Shown here piece by piece: positions 39,796 through 52,445 of a stretch of 64,000 bases of DNA. The DNA is taken from assembly GCF_001194135.2 (NCBI RefSeq), contig NC_068991.1:32021923-32085922 (forward strand). The letters run 5' to 3'. Numbering within the stretch: position 1 is the stretch's first letter; every line of letters starts with the position of its first letter. The DNA comes from Octopus bimaculoides. Taxonomy: Eukaryota. Both the position numbers and the translations under genes were made by a program. Below the pieces are notes generated by a model. The model worked only from the letters and a program-made list of their open reading frames with translations. It was not told the DNA's origin and did not search any database.

Positions 39796-40010
39796 CTTAC
39801 CTGGCTGTCTAGCAATGCTGGTGCTAAGTAGTACCCTTAGTCACTTTAGTGACATCTATAGTTCTGCATTTTGGTTGTTAAATTGTGAATAAGACACTTT
39901 TATTATATATAATTTTCACTTTTACCATTTATGAAATCAGCACAGGATTTCTATGGTAACACTTATAAACTGACAAGATGAGCAAGCTTAACCCCAGGCT
40001 GCCGAATAAG

Positions 40011-40058
40011 AGCCACTGATGAGCATTAATCAAATGTGAAATCACTGGTGATCTGGCT
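40011..40058 (+). ncRNA. Type I hammerhead ribozyme, all core nucleotides intact
   Basis: AGCCA-CUGAUGA-GCAUU(AAUCA)AAUGU-GAAA-UCA(CUGG)UGA-UC-UGGCU: stems I, II and III all pair; AUC triplet with predicted cleavage after 40053. Confidence 0.88.
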
Positions 40059-40250
40059 ATGCCCCGGATGTTGTGGGGAGCCTGCTTCCCTTGTCAGTCA
40101 TAAGATAAGTACATTCTCATGGATAAGAGTTGTTTTGACTGTTATTTCTAGCAATACTAGTGCTAACTAGTACCCTTAGTCACTTTAGTGACATCTATAG
40201 TTCTGCCTTTCGGTTGTTAAATTGTGAATAAACTACCTTCATTACTTACA

Positions 40251-41244
40251 TCTACTACATATGTGGAAAATTCTGTCTATGGGTGTGTTTGTGGAGTTGT
40301 TAGCTAACTCCTCCTACATCGTTTTATTGATTTTAATGAAACTTGACACATGAGTAGAAGTCATGTCTGGAAACCTCATGGCATACTCAGATTGTTAAAA
40401 AAAAAATCGATAATAGGGCGCCTGGAAGGGATCCTTATATATATATATAAACAAATAGTAAATGAGTATATGCATATATACGTACAGGTATGTGCACACC
40501 GACATCCACCTGTATGTATAGGTGCATATCTGGGTACAGGACATTGCAAACCATATATATATATATATATATCTAATATATTTCATTTTAACAGCCAAGG
40601 GAAACAACCCATTCATTTTCCTAAATCATTTGGTAATAAATCAAATCAAGTATGCTTATTTCTTAGTATTTGAACTGTTAGAGTTATTTTCACAATTTAT
40701 CCAGTACAATCCTTAAACAAGTAAATAGTATTTTTCTAAACAATAGATCCACTTATTTTGGTTAGTCACTTGTTCACGAATATACCACGACTAGCGCTGC
40801 TGAGGGTAATATTCTCTGGGAACGCACAAAAGCCCTTTTCAGAGTTATTTACTTTGAATTGTTATTATCTCATCAGCCTGTTATTACGTAACAGGCTTCA
40901 CAATTTTAGTATACTTACCTTATTAGTATTTCCTCCTAAGTTCCATATACTATGGGAATGCATTAAAACCCTTTTCGGGGTTACTTTATTTGAATTTTTA
41001 CTATTGGGTAACTAATTTCATGTTATTACATAACTGAATTCACAATTTGGGTATTCATAACTTATTGGAAATTCCTAAAAACAAGATCCTGTGTAAGACA
41101 GTTTGGTATTCTCTGTAAATGCACAAAAACCGTTTAGAGGGCTACATACTTTGTATTGTTGTTATTGGATTAGTGAAACAATTATGAGAATGGAACCAAG
41201 GGATAAGCCCCGCTTTTCCGGGAATTGCCAGGTATGTCAGCTAG
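40251..41244 (+). mobile_element. Non-autonomous Helitron-like element
   Basis: A|TC 5' end, CTAG|T 3' end, subterminal GC-rich ccgggaattgccagg hairpin-like motif, 5' actcctcc...gattttaatgaaacttgacac motif and degenerate internal ~155-bp repeats. Confidence 0.7.
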
Positions 41245-42487
41245 TACATACATATGTACACATTCACTCTCTCTGCTGCAACTGGTGGCTAGACATTTAA
41301 AATTAGTGCTTAAACTGGTTTCCTTTCTTCTAAAAAATACCTCTACATTCAGAGGATTGACAGAATCAGTAGAGCAACAGACAAAATACCTTCTGTTATT
41401 TGGTCATATTCTTTTACATTCTGAGTTCATATCCTGTCCAGTTCTACTTTATCTTTCATCAGTATGAAGTGATACCCCAGTATAGCAACAGTTTGTGACT
41501 GCACCCTTTGCTACCATCAAAAAGAACTAAAACAAAGACAGTAAACGTTTCTATAAATTTTAGGAATTTGTGTTTTGAAAAGGACTTTTAATTAATGCAT
41601 TTTAAGTATGAATATTTCTTTTTGTTTTGATATTTTATAAAACTAAAGCTAAGTCATTGCCAGGTGTATCTGTGTAGTCACTGCTAATCCACCCAACATA
41701 TCTTCTAACTAATAGCCATATAACAAATGAAAGGAACTATTAATTCACAATTACATTATGATGATGATGATTCACAATGACATCAAAAACTACTTTTAAA
41801 CCACCATATGTTAAAGTTCTGTAAGGAAACTGAAATAAAAGTCAAGATTAAATCCCCAACTCCTATTTAACTGGTACTTTATCAAGCCTGAAAGGATGAA
41901 AAGCAAAGATGACTCCAGGACATGAAGGGATGTAACAAATTAACACAATGTATTTTGTCTGCTGTTGAAATAATTCAACCCACTGGCTGACTTGAACAAT
42001 GGAATTATGAAAAACCAAGAGTAATGTGCCTACTTGATAATTTAATAATACAGTCCAGGTGAGAAACATCATCTCATTAATAATAGATTAGGCTTTAATG
42101 AAAAGATAACAGAAAGAGGAAGAAGTAAAAAGAGAGAACCAATGAAGAAAGTATCTAATGTAAGGAAGCTCAGATTGCTTCCTAGATAGACATATCCACT
42201 ATACTGCTTCTAAGATAGAACAAATGCTAAAAATGCAGGGAGGAAATCTATAGACAATATTATTAGAATGAGGGAAATTCAGAGAACTTCAGAACTTTCT
42301 ATTCTGATGACATTATTTAAAATATATCGCAGTATTATTTGGTAGAATAATGAGTGAAGGTCATGGATGGAGGATATCATTATATGAAGGGCAACATTTT
42401 AATACTCACAGCTTGCATGGAAAGTGATTTTATAAAATGTCAAATGATACTACCCACCTCTTTAACTAAAGCAGTAAATTATCTGAA

Positions 42488-43150
42488 TTAGTTTGGAGAT
42501 ATTAGGCAGTAGATGATGGCGATAGTGGTGATATCAACTCCAACTTGACACCAGTTTCCCTCCAGGTGATTTGCCAACTCTGAGATGGTGCACAGTCTTG
42601 TGTCCCATATAAATTCACAAACATAAGTCATGCAGACCTGACCACCAGGGTTGAATATTCCCACTGGGTTATAGAAAAATAAAATGCAGTGACAGGGTGA
42701 TCTGTTCAACAAAAACAGCGGCTTGCAAATTTTAGACATCTTTGATAATCTGGATGATGAGTGTAAAGATCCATATAGTGACTTGTTTGATATATGGTTG
42801 ACATAAGAGATGTTAAAGGCCTTGTGCAGAAGTTGAGTGTATGTACCATAAAGCAGAACAGATTCTACTGGCATAGTTTTAGGTTGTGTGACAGTTGTGG
42901 TGCTTTCCAAATTGTCCATAGCTTGTCTGATGCAGACCATGTTATTGCTTTATGAATGTTAACATATGTGCTGGGTCAGCAAATACAAGAGGCCAGATAA
43001 CAGAAATTGACAGTTGACTCAATGGGCCCCAATGGAAGTGTAAGATAACACACAACAGCATTTTTACCAAAGATTGTGGTCTTTGTCTTCAAGTGGTTTA
43101 TGGAGAGACCAAATTCAATAACAGCTGACTCCAATCTCACCAATATTCCA
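42488..43150 (-). mobile_element. Decayed LINE 3' portion (RT C-terminal region, RTE/RTEX-like)
   Basis: SVLLYG, GTYTQLLHKAFNISYVNHISNKSLYG and AVIEFGLSINHLKTK resemble LINE RT C-terminal motifs. Confidence 0.65.
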
Positions 43151-44057
43151 ACTGATGAAATTACCTTTGATGAAATATCAACATAATGATGATGATGATA
43201 ATATTGATGGTGACAATAATGATGACATTAGGAATAGCTGTGGTAACAATATTGTTACCTCAACAAAAGGAATAAATAAATGTCTGTCTGTGTGTTACAT
43301 ACACTTTTGGATATTTGTAAACATGATAAACTTTGGAAATTCATTAAAAAAGAGAAATGATGTAAATTATTTGATATTTAGTAAAAAAGACATTCATAAA
43401 AGTCCCTCAACCTAGTAGAAATAGCAGCTAAATGTCCCTCAAAACATACCCTACTATCTAAGGAAATCCACATAATATAGTTGAGACATTGTGTTTGAGA
43501 ATAATAGAGACAGTTATGGCTGGGACAATTATGATCACAGATTGAGTGGGCAGAAGACACTTCCTGTCAGAGACTGACTAAAGTAACAAGAAGAATATTT
43601 TTATCTAGTTAGAGATGTGAAAATGTAGCAGAACAAGCAATTATTTTGCCCTCCAACCCAACTACTATGCAGGTTTTATGGGAAACAACAAAGCCCTCCA
43701 TATTTTTGTTTTCCTACACTTCGTCAATGTTAGGTTAATCAATTTTAATATGATCATCTGGACATTATTAACCACTTAATTGCAAAGTATGTGTGTCAGT
43801 GGAGCAGAATTCCTGTGGCCTATCAAAAGGTACAAAACCATGTGCTAGGATTTGAACTCATATCAAAAATCTTAACTCTTAACTTCAGCCTGCTGCCACA
43901 TAACTATGTGCTTTATACTGTCTGTCTGTCTCTCAAACATCCACCTCCCATAGGTGATATTTATACATTCACAAAACCACATAAATTCTGCATGGCTGAC
44001 AAACATCTCCAAATTAAAGCTGAAGGGCAATAACCCAATGTCTATATCTAATGAACA

Positions 44058-44456
44058 AGGTGCAGGTGTGGCTGTATGGTAAGAAGCTTGCTTCTCAACC
44101 ACATGGTTCTGGGTTCAGTTCCCCAGTGTGACACTTTGGACAAGTGTCTTCTACTGTAGCCTCGAGCTGACCAAAGCCTTGTGGTAGATGGAAACTGAAA
44201 GAAGCCTGTCATATATATATATGTATATATCTGTATGTCTGTCTTTGTGTCTGTGTTTGTCCCCCACCACTGCTTGACAACTGATGTTGATATGTTTATG
44301 TCCCTGTAACTTAGCAGTTTGGCAAAAGAGGCTGATAGAAAAAGTACTAGGCTTAAGAAAATTTTTAAAAGTCCTGGGGTCAATTTATTTGACTAAAGTT
44401 CTTCAAGGTGGTGCCCCAGCATGGCAGCAATCAAAATGACTGCAACAAGTAAAAGA
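44058..44456 (+). mobile_element. CORE-type long SINE
   Basis: Same head, core and tail as 57576-57940. Confidence 0.85.
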
Positions 44457-45846
44457 TAAACTTCTTTAGGTTTTTCTCTCTCTCTACTCCATCCTTTTCC
44501 TGAATGTTTGCAGTCCTCCATGGATCCTAACAACACAGTTACTAATCATCTAATAGCTTCAGTTGCAATTACATACCCCACCTCCTGGCACCATGGTAGC
44601 TACTCTTCCACCCCCACCTTACATCACGCCGACAACCTGAAAATACCAAGTAAGACCTCCCTCCTCCGGTAATGGAGATAACCTCGTACCTCTTTGTTTC
44701 CACAAGAAATTATTGATAAAATTACTTCTTGGTTTAGTGATAACAAAACTTTGTCTTAGAAAGTAATTTTGAATCAGAATTGATACAAGGTAAAAATGAG
44801 GGTCATTTTATCCCTGCCTCTAGTATGCATGGCATGATAAGGTGAACCCATATATGCTGTAAAGTGGTTGATGGTAGGAAGAACGTCAAGCTATAGAAAC
44901 CTTAGACACAAAACTAACACAACAACGATTGGAGCTTTTATCTGTTTTTGTTGTTGCATAACAGACACTGACAGAACACAAGAAGTAACGTGATAATGTG
45001 GGCTATATCTAGCATGGTAAAGTGGATGTTAAATGATGATGATAATGTATTTATAAACTCACACATTGTTATAATAAATAGATTGAAGGTGTTCAGTTAA
45101 TTAGTATTGTGATAATTAAAGACGATAATTAACATATCCACTTTGTTTCAGGAATGTTGGTAAATATTGTTGACCACACCTTGTCTGTTAAACTGTGTAG
45201 ACATATTTATAGTGAGTAGAAATTTTCAGACATTTGCAGATACACATTTCTAGGAAAGTTAATTTATCTAATTATATCTTTATAACCAAATATATGAAAA
45301 ATAAATGATAAAGCCTGTGGTAATATAAGGATAAATGATATCGATAGCAAACAATGAAATATGATAACAGAATTCAGGATCTTATTACAGACATCATTGC
45401 TATCAGTCACATCTAATTTCTCACTGAAGTGAGACAGGTTCTACTAGGTCACATTTAGAACAATGACAAATTGTCAATGCCAAGTAGTTTGTTTTGATTA
45501 GAAACTGTGTAGCAAAAACTTATGGATGTTCTAGAAACTTGTTTAGGCTCTCAGGCTACCTAGAAACGTGAGTAACATAAAACAGAAACTTAGCCAACAA
45601 TTAACCACCGGTTGATTGATTAAAAGCGTGCTCATTAAGAGCTACTAAAATCTATTGTTTACAATTGGTCTAAACTGTTTTACTAACTGAAATCCAAAAT
45701 ATTCATTATAGTTAAATAATGATACTGAAAATCAAACCCAATATAAAAGTACACCTTAATATTTAGCTTTGACTAACTCTCAAAATCAAACCCTTGATGA
45801 TGATCTTAAGCCATAACTAGTCTATAAATAATTCAGGAGTTATAAT

Positions 45847-45905
<59 letters not shown>

Positions 45906-47049
45906 CAATTGAGTTGTGGTCCTCCTTCCTAACTACTGAATGTGACAAACTTTTAACAGTGTTGGCAAAGACATTAAAGAAATACTCAATGCCAACTTAG
46001 TAAAATTATGTTTTCTCTTAACTGGCATAATGGGCATACAGAACACCATGTTAGCATCACTGATTCTATGAGCACTAACAAAAAGAACTACTCTAAACAA
46101 CAACAATGTAACAATCTCTCTCTCTGCTTCTCAGAATATTAAAGAGATACAAACTTTGACTAAAACTGCGACAAATACAATATGTATTTGTAGCTATCAT
46201 AAGTATTTATAAACTTTTGAGAGAACGTAGCATAATTCTTTTTTGGAATTGGATCTTGAAGTACAGATAAAGCTATAAACAATATTTATATTGAGTTTGA
46301 AAATCCTTTTGGATAGCTTTCTACTTGGAGATCCAATTTCAAAAAAGAATAATTCTGCAATATGTATAGTTAGAAGTTACATCATATAAATATCTATCAA
46401 TATATTTCATATCCATGTTAAATAAAACATTCTGTTTTTCTCTCTTAAACATAGGCACATCTGAAAATAAATATGAAAATGAAATTTGGAAAATGTTTAT
46501 GTAAAACAGTTCAAATATTTATTCTTCTGTAGGACATGGTAGGTTCTTGTTTTACTGCTAATTCTTCAAACCAAGAAAATGCTTCTCTTAAGAAACAAGG
46601 AAACAATGTAAATAAGAGTAAAAAGAAAACACACACACACACAGTTGTTTTTCCAATCCCATTGCAAGCCTTTTGGGGCAAGTAGCTTTTGCTCAAGACT
46701 TGCCTTAAGCAATGTCTTATAAATGGGGTTTCAGAGGTAGAAACTTGACGCATGTGTACGCGCGTGTATATGCATGTGTCTATTTACATTTGCCACTTTT
46801 AACTGGTGTGTCAAATTAAGTCTCTTTATGTCAAACAATAACAAAGCTATTTAATATAATGCGTCTGTGAGTGAATGGTGAGTGTTGTCATAGAAACATC
46901 TGCAAAATATGAGCAACACTCCATTGTGGATCACACCTAAGATGAAATATTTTCTGACTTTAAAGAAGAAAATTTAATATCTGGGATTCTATCATTCATG
47001 TGCAAAATAGGGGGCATATAGTGAAAAGGCCAAGGTTATTAAGTCCCCA

Positions 47050-47830
47050 GGGTGAAGTATCCACTATGTAATCTCTTTTGTATAGGATAATAAGGAAAAA
47101 CTGAAGGGTATGTATATGTCATTAAAGTATAGAAGGAGGGCCATCTTAGTCATACAGCAGGGCTGTTAGAATGTGGATGAAGGAGAGTCATGTGAAGGTA
47201 TGCTGTCACAGAGTAGTTTGACAGGAAACTTGTGTACCATGAACATAAGTGCTACTTTCTGAATCGTTTCAGTTTAGAGTTTGTAGGTAGAGGGATCTGT
47301 CTGCTATGTCAGTGGAAACCTTTTTGGTAAAGAAGTAGAAAGCCCAATTACAATATGGGAGGTGTAACAGCTTGCAGAGATGTGTAATATGTGAAACCAT
47401 GGACATATAGCAGATATGATGGTTAAATAACTCACAGAGTCCTTTACTTATGGTTTTCTAAATATGCAAGTCTTGGTAATGGACACAGCAATAAGGACGG
47501 TGTTGGTCTCAAATAAGTAAATGATGAAGCATATTTGGTGTTGCTAAGTGAGGTCAGAATAGAATCAGAGATAACTTTTGATTAATTAGCTTTCTCTAAG
47601 AAGCAGAGACTTGGAGAAAGGTTGTTGAAGTGACATGAGATGTGAAGTAGAGTACCTTGATTAGGTGCTATGGGGACATAAACAATGATAGCTGGATAAA
47701 GATGGTGTTTCAATGTGAGGAAGAACTCAAAAGTAATTGAAGAGTTGATGTGTTGGCCAGAGATAGGGACAGGGAAGGATTCTAACTGGTGCAGAGACAT
47801 TAAGCAAAGCCAGTGCGAGAGGAAAGAGGG
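47050..47830 (-). mobile_element. Highly decayed CR1/L2-like LINE 3' fragment
   Basis: Strand-biased composition and fragmentary RT C-terminal-like peptides; weak. Confidence 0.35.
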
Positions 47831-48339
47831 AAGAAAGAGAAGTTGTGTTCATTAAAATATCTGAACCTGTAACTACAGAGAGCGGGGAGTGAAGAGAAAT
47901 ATCTGTAATGGAGAATGGAAGTCAAGTAACATGCATTAGCTGGAGTTCAAAGAGATGAACTTAAAGAAATAGAAAAATGGTGTTAACGAGTGTGGTGTGG
48001 GGAGTGAATTCTATGAATGTACAGACAGAATTTGGAACGCAGAATGAACAGTAGAGATGGGAAATCAGTAGCCTCTAGTGAACCTCTTGCAATCCTGTAG
48101 CTATTAGACAATTATGTACCAGCTGCTGAAAAATTACATGTCACCTGTACTCCTCAATAGGACCATGTAACCCCAACAGACAACAACCACAAGTTATCTA
48201 TATTCTTGTAGAGTACCATCTAGCCTCAGCAAACAACAGCTACAAGTCATCTATACTTCCGCAGAGTACCAGCTAACCCCAAGAAATACACAACTAAAAC
48301 CATAAAAATCCCCTGATATCTTAACAGGCTTTTATGCAA

Positions 48340-48395
<56 letters not shown>

Positions 48396-50579
48396 AGGGG
48401 GGGGAGAATTTGCGCAGCTGGACTTTTCAAAGGGAAATTACAGATGTTACTACAATTAACAAAGAATAAGCAAATTCAAAGACAGTCTTCAGTGACATGA
48501 GCGTTAATACTTCTTACAACTTCTAAGTGCTTGAAGTTAAATATTGTATTTTAAGCTGATTAAATTAAACAATTACACCTGCCAATGGGAATGACAAGTC
48601 AAAGAGGGTACGTCAGCATGGTGACTAAAAATAGCAGCCAATTATGGCAAAAGTTACACCATATACCTTTAGAAAATAAAGACAAAATAACTAATGTAAT
48701 CTTAGGACTACTGTGTTTAAGAAAAAGATGAGCAGGTCACACCTGGAATGTCCTTGATTATGGTTCTCGACAAGGACTGATCTGGGACAAAACAATATTA
48801 AACAACCAATAAATATGTGAAAATATCAGCTGCAACTGAAAGTAAATGAAGGACTTCAAAGATTTTCTCATATTTATGACATCTTCCAAAGGTTTTAAGA
48901 CAATCCCACTGGAGAAGCCTAACCTTATTTACATAAAGAATAATTCTTTCTCTTCATCCTCTCCCACTAGCTGTAAATCATTTCAGACATTATCTGAGAA
49001 AAGAAAATTCACTATAAACCCATTATATGGTGATGATAAAGCATTATCCCTGTCACTAACAATAGAACACAAAGTAAACTGACAGGTCAGAGATAACAAC
49101 TAATCTATTAATAAAAGTGGGAGTATGATGGAAAAATAGAACATATTAAACAGAGAAAGCCAGGTTTAATTCCAGCTAGTTTTCTTCTACCTAAAAGATT
49201 CTTATGTGGCCCAGGCAACAGCTACCCTGCAATACAAATTTTAAAAGTAAATATTCTTTTCTACTCTAGGCAGAAGGCCTGAAATTTTGTGGGAGAGAGG
49301 CCAGTCAATTAGATGGACCCCAGTATGCAACTGGTATTTAATTTATCGACCTCAAAAGGATTAAAGGCAAAAGCAACCTCAGTGGAATTTAACTCAGAAC
49401 GTAAAGACAGACAAAAAATAAATATTAAACAAACTTGATTCAGCCACCCCAGCTCTGGATTTGTACACCAAATCCCTCTTTGTACTAACTATCAACCCTT
49501 CTTTCTAAAACTGTTTTACTTTATATCAAGCAAATTCATTTACAAAGTTATTGGTCAACCCACTGCACTTTTGGGTTGACCACACACTGGGATTGAACTG
49601 GGAACTACGTAGTTATGGGGCATCTTTCTCAACTACACTGCCATAACTGGACCCATTTCCTCAAAATTCCCTGTTTGGTCAAGTTTAGTTATCTATTTGA
49701 AACAAACTAAATACAAACCACACTAACTACCATCAGTGTCCTAAGCTCCACACTATAACAGACATTATGTTTTATTAATTATGGGGAAAAACATGAGTCT
49801 AAAACACACACAAAAAATAAACAAATAAAAAAGTTACTTTACCCCCACCTCAATCAGGCAGTATACCTCTAAATAAAATTACAATTCTTATTATCTGCCT
49901 TTCATCATTCCATGATCAATAAAATACCTGTCAATTACTGAATCAATTGATTCAACTAAAGCCACCACCCCACCATACCTAAGTTAGTAACAATAATTAT
50001 TATTTTGACAATAATCTAAGAATAATCACAATAGAATTATTTTTGTAGCCTCAGAAGATGAAATAGTTTGTTTTCTAATAACTGATTTATATTTAAATTA
50101 AACCACACACTGTGGGATGATAAAGTTGATGGTGTGCATAACAGAACAAAGTGAGTATTAATAATAAATCAATAATTTTATTCTGAAATGTGATTTAAAT
50201 GATTTACTTTCCCTCAGAAATACACACCCCAGGTTGGTATTCCCAGCCATTCAGAGATGATTTAGCTTTTCTCAATTCAAATCTCACAAAAAATAAAATT
50301 AAATTAAAAACATACCAAAGTCCAGAGGAACCAACATAAAAGTGTCTCACCCTGCTAGAAATAGTCTGCAAGTTCCTCTAATTTTATTATATCAAATTAA
50401 AAGATAAGTTGCATATCGAATAAAGGGGGTTGTTCATCATAAAAAATATATAAAAAAAAGAAAAAATGAACATAGTAGATTCATTATTGAATATTTTCCC
50501 ATGTACAATCTATATGTAATACAATCACTTCCAGATCCTTTGGTTGATACTAAACTGCTGGAGTTTCAGGTATGTATAC

Positions 50580-51030
50580 ATACATAGAGGTCAAAATGAA
50601 AGAGGATCAGGGAAAAATGGCACATGATGTGAAATTAACAAAACTCAACATAAAATATTTTCTATAGCTTCTTCACAATCTGTTGTAGTGGCTCACTTCA
50701 TAATATACTGATGCACATTAGACATTAGTGTGGGAAAAAATTGACTTGGAATTCAACAGAGAAAAGGATATTGATTGTTAAACACCAAAAATTATCCAGA
50801 TGTTTTATTAGCAACCTCAATCAAAATTGGGTCAAAACTGAGGCAAAATTTCTTGGAAAAATAGAACCAGTCACCTGAGTATTCTTCAAACTCTCTCAAC
50901 AACAACTATGCTGACCAATTTTTACTGCTAAAGATGACGCAACAGTACAAAATAATGATGCAATTTCAAACAGGTAGGGAGAAAATAATGAGAAATCAGA
51001 AGTTACTCATTCTGCCCCGACCTCTGATAC
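50580..51030 (+). mobile_element. Possible Tc1-like deletion derivative
   Basis: Imperfect terminal inverted similarity (tacatagaggtc / gacctctgata) and a decayed LGIQQR...LIVKH N-terminal-like peptide. Confidence 0.3.
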
Positions 51031-52029
51031 ATATATNNNNNNNNNNNNNNNNNNNNNNNNNNNNNNNNNNNNNNNNNNNNNNNNNNNNNNNNNNNNNNNN
51101 NNNNNNNNNNNNNNNNNNNNNNNNNNNNNNNNNNNNNNNNNNNNNNNNNNNNNNNNNNNNNNNNNNNNNNNNNNNNNNNNNNNNNNNNNNNNNNNNNNNN
51201 NNNNNNNNNNNNNNNNNNNNNNNNNNNNNNNNNNNNNNNNNNNNNNNNNNNNNNNNNNNNNNNNNNNNNNNNNNNNNNNNNNNNNNNNNNNNNNNNNNNN
51301 NNNNNNNNNNNNNNNNNNNNNNNNNNNNNNNNNNNNNNNNNNNNNNNNNNNNNNNNNNNNNNNNNNNNNNNNNNNNNNNNNNNNNNNNNNNNNNNNNNNN
51401 NNNNNNNNNNNNNNNNNNNNNNNNNNNNNNNNNNNNNNNNNNNNNNNNNNNNNNNNNNNNNNNNNNNNNNNNNNNNNNNNNNNNNNNNNNNNNNNNNNNN
51501 NNNNNNNNNNNNNNNNNNNNNNNNNNNNNNNNNNNNNNNNNNNNNNNNNNNNNNNNNNNNNNNNNNNNNNNNNNNNNNNNNNNNNNNNNNNNNNNNNNNN
51601 NNNNNNNNNNNNNNNNNNNNNNNNNNNNNNNNNNNNNNNNNNNNNNNNNNNNNNNNNNNNNNNNNNNNNNNNNNNNNNNNNNNNNNNNNNNNNNNNNNNN
51701 NNNNNNNNNNNNNNNNNNNNNNNNNNNNTAAGAAAAAACCCAAATTTTTTCCTGAACAAAATATAAGGGGTTTGTGGCATATTAGGTCAGATACTTGATT
51801 CCATGCTAAAATTCCAAGTTTTTTTTTTCTTAGTGAAAATATCGAAATTTACCAAATAAAATCAACGTTTTACTGTTTATACCTACCATTAATACCCGCA
51901 TAAAATACAAGATATATATCTAAGAGTGACAAACGGACTTGAGTGAAGTGGCAAATGTATAAAACATGTGCATGTGCAGTTACTCCAATATGTTTAAAGA
52001 GACTTCAATCTAACCCCACCTCTCAGGGA

Positions 52030-52445
52030 TCACTGCCAGAGCAGCTGTCTGGCTTCCTTGCCGGTGGCATGTAAAAGCCCCATTTGAGCGTGATCGTTAC
52101 CAGTGTCACCTTACTGGCACTTGTGCCAGTGGTACGTGAACAAAACATTTGAGCGAGGTTGTTGCCAGTGCCGCTGGACTGACTCCTGTGCAGGTTGCAT
52201 GTAAAAGATAGCATCTGAGCATGGCTGTTGCCAGTACCGCCAGACTGGCCCTTGTGCCGGTAACACGTAAAAGCACCCACTACACTCTTAGAGTGGTTGG
52301 CGTTAGGAAAGGCATCCAGCTGTACAAACTCTGCCAGATCAGATTGGAGCCTGGTGCAGCCATCTGGTTTGCCAGTCCTCGGTCAAATCGTTCAACCCAT
52401 GCTAGCATGGAAAGCTGATGTTAAACGATGATGATGATGATGATA
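52030..52445 (+). mobile_element. RTE 3'UTR fragment
   Basis: High similarity to 15300-15658 with the (GAT)n tail. Confidence 0.9.

Larger units (their letters stand above)
39001..40240. repeat. 339-bp tandem repeat array that switches orientation at 39809-39812; units carry a hammerhead ribozyme motif
   Basis: Marker ttagcaccagcattgctagaa recurs at 39017 (variant), 39301 and 39640, and in reverse at about 39809 and 40148; period 339 bp (first unit has a ~55-bp deletion). Confidence 0.95.

Noticed and set aside
40860-40905. Hairpin followed by CTGATGA on the minus strand (possible type III hammerhead)
   Set aside because: No NUH triplet, no stem II and no GAAA in the right place.
45160-45210. 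Possible alternative RTN first exon MSTQFNRQ(G) on the minus strand
   Set aside because: Phase fits but the donor (gtgtgg) is weak and nothing else supports it.
48920-49010. Strong minus-strand acceptor near 48994 (similar case near 60762)
   Set aside because: Stops appear in the relevant frames and there is no compatible donor.
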